39,411 bases of DNA from Leucoraja ocellata (GCA_036785375.1 JAWMAR010004817.1:1-39411), one strand, 5' to 3'; counted from the first letter of the stretch, positions 1 through 10,099 are shown. Made by a program: numbers and translations. Notes: generated from the sequence alone by a model not told the origin.

Positions 1-220
1 GGTGGGAGTATGGAACAAGCAGCCAGAGGAGATAGTTGTGCCAGGGACTATCCCAACGTTTAAAAACCAGTTAGACAGGTAAATGGATATGACAGATTTG
101 GAGGGATATGGACCCAATACGGGCAGGTGGGACGAGTGTAGATGGGTCGGTGGTCGATGTGTGAAAGTTGGGCCGAAGGGCCTGTTTCCACACTCTATGA
201 CTGACTCTCTTTGACTCTAT
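1..220 (+). mobile_element. CR1-clade LINE 3' end (also ~14560-14800 and ~29680-29935)
   Basis: Decayed ORF2 C-terminus (WNK.PEEIV...FKNQLDR), GGCCGAAGGGCC stem-loop and CTCTATGA-type tail. Confidence 0.8.
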
Positions 221-1144
221 GGGGCATCATGTAGCATCTGCGGATCGGCATTTGCGGAGGTAATAATGAACAGCCACGAGCCAGTGCAATCTTTCGCGTG
301 TTCACGTTGCAAAGTTTCTCCCTTGTCAGTTTTGCCCGTGCCCGTGCTGGAGTGCCCGTGTTCCATTCAACTTTAATTGACTATGGATGTGCTGTATATA
401 GAATTCCTGTCTTCCTTCAAAGCCGAAAGAACTCTGGAAGTAGGCGGTGAGAGCCAATATGACCCCTTTTACTTCACTCATATGTGCATTAATTTGGTCA
501 GGCGACCTTTACACTTTGAGTCGTGAATTACTGCGCATTACAACAGGATAGTATCACAGACCACTTTTACAAGCACGACACACGTCGGGTAGTCAAAATA
601 GCCCCCAAAAACGGCAACTTTACTGACATTTGTAGTGATGTTCTGTCCCCTCAGGTCTTTTCTAAATGATCTGATACACAAGTAGAAGGGCAGCCTGTGG
701 GGTTTATCATTTCTAAAATGACAAAGATATCTAAATATAGATTTAATGTGCTTTTTAATAAAACAGTGCTGATGCTGTGACTGTGATCATGTTATGTTCA
801 GCGATACGGAGGTAGACAAAAATGCTGGAGAAACTCAGCGGGTGAGGGAGCGAAGGAAATCAGCGATACGGATTCAGTTGGTCCGTTTAGATAAAATATT
901 TCTATTCCGTTTTCATTGTTGATTAAACAGTTACCGAATATAATATTTAAAACTCGCAATCTGTTTAGTGTATATCTGCGGGGGGTTCATACAGAACATT
1001 AAAGATTGTTTGTTTATAAAGAAGGGACAACTGTGACAATCCTTTTCATTCTGCTGGATGTATGAAGCTTTTTAGAAACACAAGTCTCTAAAATAAGACC
1101 TGCGTGTTTCACAGGGGCGAATATTTTGAGGAAGAATCTGGCAA

Positions 1145-1230
1145 TTTCTGATTGGCTTCGACGAGCATACCGGTTTGATTGGTTTGGATAATTAAACACA
1201 CGGTGACATATCGTCATTCCATTTATAAAG
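1145..1230 (+). promoter_or_regulatory. IgL copy 1 promoter: two inverted CCAAT boxes, split CRE-like element, TATA box
   Basis: ATTGG at 1151 and 1178, TGACATATCGTCA at 1204-1216, TATAAA at 1224-1229, about 70 bp upstream of the ATG. Identical in all three copies. Confidence 0.7.
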
Positions 1231-1299
1231 AGAGCCAGAGAGCAAGATTACACGCCACTTGTCCTGGAAACTGCCGCCCCATCGGAGCTCAGTCGGTTA

Positions 1300-1354
1300 A
1301 TGAACATGTCTTATTGGATCCGTGTGGTCGGTGCGTTGGTGTTTTGCGCAGTTT
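1300..1354 (+). CDS. IgL: IgL copy 1 leader exon (MNMSYWIRVVGALVFCAV)
   Basis: ATG at 1300 (second in-frame ATG at 1306), hydrophobic signal peptide, phase-1 donor GTGAGT at 1355. Confidence 0.9.
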
Positions 1355-1472
1355 GTGAGTATTTTACTTCCCTGGACATTATACTTATTTCTGTTCACCA
1401 TTAATTTGGGATTACCTCCCACACTTCAACAAACTTAACAATTTTTTTTTTCTGATATTTCTCCTTTCTCAG

Positions 1473-1817
1473 ACATAAGCGCGGCTGTTACAGTAACTCA
1501 GCCGCCTTCGATGTCCACCTCTACGGGACAGAACATACAAATACCCTGCACCATATCGGGTGCCAGTTCGGGCGCTAACTATGTCTCGTGGTACCAACAG
1601 ATTCCTGGCAAAACTCCCAAGTATCTATTCTACCATTATACCGGCGGCAGCATTTATAAAGGCACGGACATTCCAGACCGTTTTTCCATCTCGGTGTCAG
1701 GCAGCTCTGTAACATTCGCAATATCTAACGTTCAATCGGTGGATGCTGCTGACTATTACTGTGCCAAAGGGGATAGTGGTTTACATTTCGGTAAAGGAAC
1801 GAGGCTGGGTATTGGCG
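1473..1817 (+). CDS. IgL: IgL copy 1 germline-joined VJ exon
   Basis: Polypyrimidine tract plus AG at 1471-1472. V-set hallmarks TQPPS, first Cys, WYQQ, PDRFS and DYYC run directly into the J motif FGKGTRL. Donor GTAAGT at 1818. Confidence 0.96.
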
Positions 1818-2811
1818 GTAAGTAAAATATATTCTTCGAACAGCGCGCTGTTTTCATTTTGTTTTAATGCAGATATTGCTTGATTTAATGTCCTGAGTTC
1901 ACCTGATACTTGATTGGGCCAGTTGTATTTCAGTGCAGATGGTGCGATCTTGCTATACAGATGTTCCGAGTTCACTTGGACGTAACTCAGTGAAATGACT
2001 GGGAAAGCGAGCTAATGCTTTGTCTTGAGCTTCGTTCAATAACTTGCGGAAATATTTGCAGTGATTGTCCAGATATGAAAGGAAATTGCTTGAGTAACGG
2101 GTTCATCAACGTTAATATTCAGCACTGTCAAAAATCCGGTTGACGGGTTGAACAAGGATATCAAAATGCCAAATGCGAAAGGAGAAAGTTTCGCACATTT
2201 CCTTCAGAAATTGTGTTTAATACGTAGAGCAGCTTTTCGTGGACGCAGCCGTGTATTTCAAATTTAAATGAACATTCGAACTACAATGTAATTCTTGCTT
2301 GTGAACTATATCTGCGAATCGGTGACCGTGGCCTTCGAAGACTAGTTTCCATATATTTTTGCCGAACTTAAATAGCGTCGCCCTCCATCTCAATGGGGCC
2401 AACAATTAAATAAGTTTAAATCTGTTATTATAAATGTCGCGACCGCGAATCGTTTATATCTGCTGATATATTTAAATAAATGTAAATCCGGAAATGTGTA
2501 GTAAAATGAATATTATAAAAGTTATAATGATGTATTCAGTTTTATAAAATACTGCAGCCATGATCTATCACAGATGGGTTTCCCGGTGTTTATACAGAGG
2601 GTAGACAGGATCTATTTTAGTTGCTTTCACGCACTTTATTTATTGTTCACCCAATTACAATAAACACACTATAATGGTTTGAAAAAGGTCGAGAATAAAA
2701 CGACATTTCTATAAATGAATAAATGAGTGCTTTAATGAGATGTATTTTCGGTAAATAATGATATCTCAACGACAGCATTTCTCCAATTAAATGTGACTTC
2801 TTATTAAACAG

Positions 2812-3133
2812 ATCCTCGGGCACCGATCGTGACGGTCCTGCCGCCTTCAGCCGATGAAGTTACCTCAAAGGGCATCGCCACCCTGGTGTGTTTGGTGAAC
2901 GGCTTTAATCCGGGCTCGGTCGCCGTGAGTGGACAGTCGACGGCAGTGCAAGAAATAGCGACGTTGAGACCAGCCCGATCCAGCAGGATAAGGACAACAC
3001 GTTCAGTCTCAGCAGTTACCTGACTCTGACAGCCTCAGACTGGAACTTACACGACCTTTACTCCTGTGTGGTTAAACACCAGGCTCAGGCAAACCCACTT
3101 AAGACAACTATCGAGAGATCCAGCTGTATCTGA
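2812..3133 (+). pseudogene. IgL: IgL copy 1 constant exon (type II/lambda-like) with a 1-bp frameshift
   Basis: Acceptor AG at 2810-2811. Reads GCCGTGAGT at 2922-2930 where copies 2 and 3 have GCCGTTGAGT, giving a premature TGA at 3021-3023. The ancestral stop is at 3131-3133. Could be an assembly indel. Confidence 0.8.
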
Positions 3134-3396
3134 TGTTGGAAACGTGAGGCTGACCTGACTAAGTTAGTTTATCATCATTGGGTTCGTCCATGTGACAAAG
3201 TTAGTAATGTACTGGACTTCGGTGTTTTCGTTCATAAATGCCATTTGTAGTTGAAACTTCGATTTTTATGACGTTCACTTTAAATGTAGTTCTTTCGAAA
3301 GAATGTCGTTCTTGAATGAAGCATCAAGTAGATTCAATTGCGTTATCCAACAGCATGGATGTTGTTATTGTACCCATGGTATCTTTGTAGCCGTTC

Positions 3397-3402
3397 AATA
3401 AA
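3397..3402 (+). terminator. Polyadenylation signal, IgL copy 1
   Basis: AATAAA about 265 bp after the stop, followed by GT/T-rich sequence. Conserved in all copies. Confidence 0.7.
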
Positions 3403-4524
3403 GTTTAAAAAACGCATTTCAAATGCATTGTTGATTCCCTTTGGTTTATTTCTGACCCGAACCATGATGGCTTAACACGGGTTGCGTTGTCTCGTAGATG
3501 TGAGCTAGCAACACTGATTTTGATTCTCTATTTCGATCACTAATTGCAATCGTACAACAGTCGTGAGCCACTCGTCCATTTATACCACGCGTTCTACAGC
3601 GCTTTGTCAGTCCGTGAATCAGAAAAAGAACCATATAAACCAAGCAGGGCAAACGTGTTCTTAACCCCAAATTATCACAGAAATAAACATAAAAGACTGT
3701 TCATACTCAGTAAGTCGGGCGGTATGTGGGAAGTGAGAAATAGATTAGACGTTTCAGGCTGTTTAAAAAAATAAATAAAACAAACGTCCCTACCAGCCTC
3801 GTGCGTTCAGGGTTTGTTAAATATGTCTTTGTTCATAATGTGCCCGGTTACATAATTAAATAAAATACGTGTGCATACGTGGAAATCAGGAAATTTGGAA
3901 ACGACATTAATTCCCAACACATCAGCAGGTTTCTGTAAACTGATGGGTTGTTCGCACCTCCCCTTTACACCCCTCGCACTAAGCATGGCACCTCCATCCT
4001 TCATCACAGAAGGCCGTGACTTTCACACTAATCGGTGACGGGGTTTGTATTTAAATATTTACAAATATTACACCTTATTTCTTCTTTATTTCTTCTGATT
4101 GTCAGCTTTAAAAGAAACAGGGTGATTATTGGCGTTAGCAGAACAAGTCACTGAGTTTGTATGTGGCGTGTCCGTGTCTCACGGTGGTATTACACGGGAA
4201 CTGGGTAACAACACTCTCAATAAAGCAAGATAATATCTACAGAAAGATGCGATGAGTGCACGGCAGCTTCATATATACAGGAGCAGAAAGAGAGCGAGGG
4301 GTGGGAGAGAGAGAGAAGAGAGAGGGGGGGGGGGAGAGGGGTGAGAATAGGACGGGGGCGGGGTTAATAGCGAACAATGAGGGAACTATATGCTATAGTT
4401 AGAGGACATTCAGTCACGGACAAACCCCTGACCTCTGTCACAAATCGCTTTTCACTTATTGCAAGCTTTATTCCCAATTATTTTCACGTTACATGAGCAA
4501 CCTGGGCTTAAGTCTTAATGAATG

Positions 4525-4736
4525 GGAAGGAGCTGCAGATGCTGGTTTAAAGCAAAGATAGACACAAACATCTGGAGTAAATCAGCGGGTCAGAAAGCAT
4601 TTCTGGAGAAAAGGAATCGGTGAAGTTTTGGGGCGAGACCCTTCTTCAGACTGTTTGAAGAAAGGTCTCGATCCGAAATGTCACCTACGCATTTTCTGCT
4701 GAGATGCTGTCTGACCCGCTAATTTACTCCAGCTTT
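4525..4736. mobile_element. Palindromic Penelope-like terminal repeat with decayed hammerhead cores (also 34573-34783; mostly deleted in unit 2)
   Basis: About 80-bp imperfect inverted arms centred near 4652, with (C/T)TGAAGA-stem-GAAA motifs at the centre. Family assignment is inferred from the motif. Confidence 0.6.
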
Positions 4737-5125
4737 ATAGAAACATAGAAACGTAGAAAATAGGTGCAGGAGTAGGCCATTCGGCCCTTCGAACCTGCAC
4801 CGCTATTCAATATGATCATGGCTGATCATCCAACACAGTATCCTGCACCAGCCTTCTCTCCGTACCCTCTGATCCCTTTAGCCACAAGGGCCACATCTAA
4901 CTCCCTCTTACATATAGCCAATGAACTGGCCTCAACTACCTTCTGTGGCAAAGAATTTCAGAGATTCCAGAGATGTGTGAAAACATGTTTTCCTCATCTC
5001 GGTCCCAAAAGATTTCCCCCCCTTTCCTTAAACTGTGACCCCCTGTCCTGGACCTTCCCAACGTCGAGAATAATCTTCCTGCATCTAGCCTGTCCAACCC
5101 CCTAAGAACTTTGTAAGTTTCAGCC
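4737..5125 (-). mobile_element. CR1 LINE 3' fragment (also 19158-19482 and 34784-35172)
   Basis: (CATAGAAA)n tail on the + strand, GGCCATTCGGCC stem-loop, and minus-strand ETYKVLRGLDRLDAGRLF. Confidence 0.85.
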
Positions 5126-5555
5126 ATGATCTCATTATGTGTCTTATCTTTTCTAAATGATCCGGATTGTATGCATTTTTGGCTGATTCGAATAAATGGT
5201 CACATATCTGCAATTGCTCACCTGCTGGTTAGTTATTTTGGAAATTCCTCTAAATCTGTAAATACTGAGCCTACTTTCACTCGGAAAAAATGGTCAATTA
5301 AAACGCCTTGACTATGCCCCTCATTCAAATCACCATTATACCCTCCCTGTTCAAAGGAACCAATTCCGGTTATTCTCAGGCTGCCATTATCATGCCCATT
5401 TTCTTCCCAATTTCTTCTGCGGCTTGTAATGAAGGAGCCGAAAACAAAGATTTCCTTGCCTTTTCCTTCCGTTCCCGTAGTGTCCTGGTTATCCATTGTG
5501 AGCTCCACCTTTCCCTGGTCATCGATATCGGTTTTCATTTGTTCTGAATCTTTTC

Positions 5556-5762
5556 ATAGAGACATAGAAACATAGAAAATAGGTGCAGAAGGAGGCCATT
5601 CGGCCCTTCGAGCCAGCACCGCTATTCAATGAGATCATGGCTGATCGTCCCCAATCAATAACCCGTGCCTGCCTTCTGCCCATATCCCTTGATTCCACTA
5701 GCCTCTAGAGCTCTAACTCTCTCTTAAATCCATCCAGTGATTTGGCCTGCACTGCCCTCTGT
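5556..5762 (-). mobile_element. CR1 LINE 3' end (also ~19923-20132 and ~35609-35789)
   Basis: Same 8-bp tail and stem-loop as the 4737 element. Confidence 0.85.
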
Positions 5763-6380
5763 GACAGGTACTGACCCAAAATGCCGCATTTTCTCCTGTC
5801 TCGTAATGTAATTACAACATTTTACCATTGCCTTTCGAAGATGTCTATGTGTGAGCGCCAGGACCGGCGAGAAAATCATGCACTTACACTCATGCCATGT
5901 ATAAATGCTGTCGGCCTCTCTCGCTCATCATCCGCGTGAATGCTGTTAAACACGATGTCAGTGTCATAACTTCAGATCTATCCACGATGGCCCACAATGT
6001 CTGTGCGAACCTAATGCCAATGTCATCTGCCATCCATATATAATGTCTATATCCCTCCATTACCTATCTGTTCACGTGTTTGCCTAAATGTCTCTTGAAC
6101 CTTGCTGGGTATCTACTTACACCGCTTCGTCTAGCAAAGCGTTGCACACTTTCTGTTTAAAAAAGACATGCAAAGTGTGGCCCCTTCAAACGTCCCCTCG
6201 CCTACTTTAATAAACTATATTATATAATACTTCGGCCCTGGACTCCTAAGTAAAGCGACTTATCTTCACTAAGGGTAATAGATAGGGATAGGATATCGAT
6301 GCAGTGTCTGGCCAACAACACATTAATCCCCAAAATAAATCAATGGATAGGGATTCAATAAAACGACAGTGTTAGTTAAC

Positions 6381-6584
6381 GTGTAGGAAGGAACTGCAGA
6401 TGCTGGTTTAAATCGAAGATCGATACAAAATGCTCGAGTAACGCAGCGGGACAGGAAACGTCTCTAGATGGAAGGAATGGGTGACGTTTCGGGTCTGAAT
6501 CAGGGTCTCGACCGGAAAGGTCACAAATTCCTTCTGTCCAGAGATGTTGCCTGTCGCGCTGAGTCACTCCAGCATGTTGTATCT
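6381..6584. mobile_element. Second palindromic Penelope-like terminal repeat (also ~20750-20953; absent from unit 3)
   Basis: Same GAAGGAACTGCAGATGCTGG family, inverted arms, centre CTGAA(T/G)CAGGGTCTCGACCGGAAA. Confidence 0.6.
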
Positions 6585-6639
6585 AATGTTGGTTAAGGTC
6601 TGTTTCGTTTTAGAGAGCTCGGAAAAATGCTGAAAATGC

Positions 6640-6890
6640 TGAAACCTCCAGGGTGGTTATCTTCGGTTTGCTTCCAATTCCTCGTGCTGGCGAGAGCAGG
6701 AACAGGGAGATACGGGACCTGAATGTATGGCTGAGGAACTGGTGCAGGGGCAGGGATTTTGATTCTTAGACCACTGAGATGTGTTTTGGAGTAAGGGGGA
6801 TCTGTACAAAAGGGACGGATTGCACTTTAACAGACGGGGGACCAGCATTCTGCAGGCAGGGTTTCCACTGCTACACAGGTGGTTTTAAAT
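6640..6890 (+). mobile_element. CR1 ORF1 esterase (SGNH-like) fragment, disrupted (also ~21018-21270)
   Basis: Translates as TSRVVIFGLLPIPRAGESRNREIRDLNVWLRNWCRGQGF...DLYKRDGLHFNRRGTSIL, with in-frame stops. Confidence 0.75.
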
Positions 6891-6894
6891 TAAA

Positions 6895-7156
6895 CTAGAC
6901 CAAGTGCAGACCCGTTTGGGGGGAGGGGGGGGGGGGGGGATTTTCTTTAAAATTTGTACATAAACGACGAAATTTAATCAGGAGTGGATACTTGGAATGA
7001 AAAATGAAATCTCTACCGAAATGGAAACATTCTGGGCGTTTGTGGGTCTGGTGTTGGCGTAGCAACGAATCAAAGGCTGGCACCCACAAGCTGGGAACCA
7101 CAAGTCAAGCAGAAACACAGCCAGCCAGCAACCAGCCACAGAGTTTTAATATTATA
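6895..7156 (-). mobile_element. Short, internally deleted non-autonomous Helitron (also 21273-21530; variant at 36454-36791)
   Basis: CTAG 3' terminus at 6895 followed on the minus strand by T. Shares terminal sequences with the adjacent long copy, head-to-tail. Confidence 0.7.
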
Positions 7157-8787
7157 CTAGACCAAGTGCAGACCCGTTGGGTCTGTTTCCCCATCGCGCG
7201 TTTGCGGGGGAAGAGGGGGGGGGGGGGGGGGCTGGGGCATCACACTCACACTAACCGCCCCCCAAACACACAGATGGGGGGGAGGGGGAGAGGGGGAGAC
7301 GGGGTGGGGAGAGGGGGTGGGTGAGAACAGGGGAGGGAGGAGAGAGGGGGAGGAGGAAACGGGAGAGATTTGGGAGAGGGAGAGCAGAGCGGGGTATGGG
7401 GAGAGAGAGGGGGATGGGAAGGGGGAGGATAGTGGGGAGTGGGAGGAGAGCGGGGAGGTCAGGAAGCGGGGGGGTAGGGGGTGGGAGAGGGGTAGCGGGG
7501 ATTGGTGCAAGAGAGAGGTGAAGGGGGGAGATGGGGGCGAAGAGAATGGGAGGGGGGAGATGGGGGCGAAGAGAAGTGAGGAGGGGGTAGGAGGGGAGGA
7601 GGGAGAGGGTGAGGACAGAGGGCGGAAGGGGAGGAGGAGAGTGGGGTGGGGGAGGGGATGAGAGAGGGGTGGGGGAGGGGGAGAGAAGGGTGGGGGAAGG
7701 GGAGAGACGGAGGAGGAGGGAGGAGGGGGAGGAGGGAGGGGAAGGAGGAGGGAGAGGGGGAAGAGTGTGGAGGGAGCGGGAGAGTGGAAGGGGCGGGGGA
7801 ATGGGGGGGAGAGGGGTAGGAGAGAGAGAGGGCGAATAGTGGTGAGGGAGGGGGAGGATAAAAGTGCGGAAGAGGGGCAGAGGGGTAGGGGGAGTGGTGG
7901 AAGAGGCAGAGGTGGGTAGGGGGGAGAAGTGGGGGGAGAGAGGGGTGGGGGTTGGCGTTGGAGGGGTGGAGGGAGAGGGGTGAGGAGAGAGGGGGAAAGG
8001 GAGGAGGAGAGGGGTGTGGGAGGGGTGAGAGATGGTGGGGGGGGAGGGGGAAGATGGTGGGGAGGCGGAGAGAGGAGAGAGTGAGGAGAGGATGGAGGGG
8101 AGGGGGAGGGAGGAGGGAGAGGTGGAAGAGTGTGGAGGGAGGGGGAGAGGGGTAGGGGGTGGGGGGGGAGTGTGGAGGGAGGGGGAGAACGGAGAGAGGG
8201 GGAAGAGTGGATGGGAGAGAGAAGGGAGGGGGAGAGAGATGGGTGGGGGAGGGAGATGGGGAGGAGTGGGGGATGGGGGGTGGGGGTGAGATAAGTGTAA
8301 GGCTGGGGAGGGAGGGCAGGAGGGAGATGGGGTAGGGGAGGGAGGGCGAAGAGTATGGAATGAGGGGGAGAGGGGTGGGGGATAGAGGGGAAATAGTGGG
8401 GAGGGAGAGTGGAAGGGGGAGGGGTAGGGAAGTCCATCTGTTCCCCATTCCCTATCACCCCCAATCCTCTTTCTCTATTCCCACACACGCGATGACGCGC
8501 TTCGACACAGGCTGCGGGGGTGGGGGGAGGGGCTGGTGCTGGGGCTGCGGCAAAGGCATATGTAAATTGATCCATTCCGATTGGACATCCGTGAACATTG
8601 GGCATTGTGACATCACACGATGGAACGTTCAACAACATTCGATGGGTGAGAGCTGTTTTTTTTAAATTTGGTGGGTTGGGGGGAGAAGGATTTTATTAAA
8701 AATGTGTACATAAACACGACGAAATTTATGGAGTGGATACTTGGAATGAAAAGTGAAATCTCTACCGAAATGGAAAAAATCTGGGCG
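7157..8787 (-). mobile_element. Non-autonomous Helitron with a purine-rich internal tract, 5' end deleted (also 21531-23139)
   Basis: The minus strand ends CAGACCC-AAC-GGGTCTG-cacttggt-CTAG|T, a subterminal hairpin plus CTAG, which is the canonical Helitron 3' end. Confidence 0.75.
7205..8430 (+). repeat. G/A-rich low-complexity tract (also ~21580-22790 and ~36840-37180)
   Basis: About 1.2 kb of almost pure purine G-runs. Source of the spurious Pro-rich and Gly-rich ORFs. Confidence 0.95.
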
Positions 8788-9849
8788 CACTGGTGATCAT
8801 TTTCCAATGTTCAATAGATTGAGGATCGGTTCCTGTGGATTGGAGGATAGCTAATGTTTTCCCAGTTTTCAAGAAAGGAGTGAGAGAGAAAACGGGGAAT
8901 TACAGGCCAGTTAGCCTGACTTCGGTGGTGGGAAAGATGCTGGAGTCAATTATTAAATATGTAATAATGGGGCATTTGGATAGCAGTAAAAGGATTAGTC
9001 CAAGTCAACATGGATTTATGAAAGGGAAGTCATGCTTGACTAATCTTCTGGAATTTTTTGAGGATATGACAAGTAAAATCGATCAAGAGGAGCCAGTGGA
9101 TTTAGTATATCTAGACATCCAGAAAGCCGTTGTTAATGACACAAAGCTGGGTGGCAGTGCGAACTGTGAAGAGGATGTTAGGTGGTTGCAGGGTGACCTG
9201 GACAGGTTGAGTGAGTGGGCAGATGCGTGGCAGATTTCAGTATAGGAGTAAAGAGGTACTTCTGCAGTTGTATAGGGCTCTGGTAAGACCACATCTGGAG
9301 TATTGCGTACAGTTTTGGTCTCCTAATCTGAGGAAGGACATCCTTGTGATAGAAGCAATGCAGCGTAGGTTCACGAGATTGATCCCTGGGATGGCGGGAC
9401 TGTCCTATGACGAAATATTGAAAAGACTAGACTTGTATTCGCTGGAGTTTAGAAGGATGAGGGGGTATCTTATGGAAACATATAAAATTATAAAAAGGAC
9501 TGCACAAGCCAGATGCAGGACAAATGTTCCCAATGCTGGGCGAGTCCAGAACCAGGGGCCACAGTCTTGGAGGCCATTTAAGACTGAGGTGAGAAAAAAC
9601 GTTTTCACCCAGAGAGTTGTGAATTTGTGGAATTCCCTGCTACAGAGGGCAGTGGAGGCCAAATCACTGGATGGGTTTAAGAGAGAGTTGGAGCTCTAGA
9701 GGCTAGTGGAGTCAAGGGATATGGGGAGAAGGCAGGCACGTGTTATTGATTGGGGACGATCAGTTAAGATCGCAATGAATGGCGGTGCTGGCTCGAAGGG
9801 CCGAATGGCCTCCTTCTGCACCTATTTTCTATGTTTCTATGTTTCTATG
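8788..9849 (+). mobile_element. CR1 ORF2 (RT) remnant with internal deletions and 3' tail (also 23140-24927)
   Basis: NYRPVSLTSVVGKMLE, QHGFMKGKSCLTNLLEFF, LYRALVRPHLEYC, and a (TTTCTATG)n tail at about 9825-9848. Confidence 0.92.
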
Positions 9850-10099
9850 AAAAGATTCAGACCAAATGAGACCCGAAATCGACGATCAGGGATAGGTGGA
9901 GCTCACAATGAACAACCAGAACACTGAGGGAAGGGGAGAAAAAGGCAATGCCGGGAAGACTCAAATGTCTGCTGTTGGCTCCGTCAGAAAAATTACAAGC
10001 CGCAGAAGAAATTGGGCATGATCATGGCAGCTCGAAAGTAATCGGAATTGGTTCCTTTGAACAGGGAAGGTATAATGGCGATTTGAATGAGGGACATAG

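Noticed and set aside
1014-1217. Small antisense ORFs recurring in several units (also 2217-2405, 3807-4007, 5233-5547)
   Set aside because: Their recurrence only reflects recent duplication. They have no domains, often non-ATG starts, and are broken in at least one copy or overlap repeats.
1757-1763. Cryptic RSS heptamer TACTGTG at the end of FR3
   Set aside because: It simply encodes Tyr-Cys, and there is no credible nonamer at 12 or 23 bp spacing.
1473-1817. Processed pseudogene or somatic rearrangement as the origin of the VJ fusion
   Set aside because: Leader and J-C introns and the promoter are present, and the same junction recurs in three tandem genomic copies.
1511-1825. ORF-track start Met and terminal GK of the V ORF
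   Set aside because: The real exon is 1473-1817. The Met is internal to FR1 and the last residues are intron read-through.
7205-8430. Class-switch-like S region
   Set aside because: No AGCT-rich repeat units, it lies inside a Helitron, and it is downstream of a light-chain gene.
7157-8665. Long Pro-rich and Gly/Glu/Arg-rich ORFs (up to 493 aa; also 21551-23051 and 36740-37346)
   Set aside because: By-products of a stop-poor purine tract. They are open in several frames on both strands and the frames are not conserved between units.
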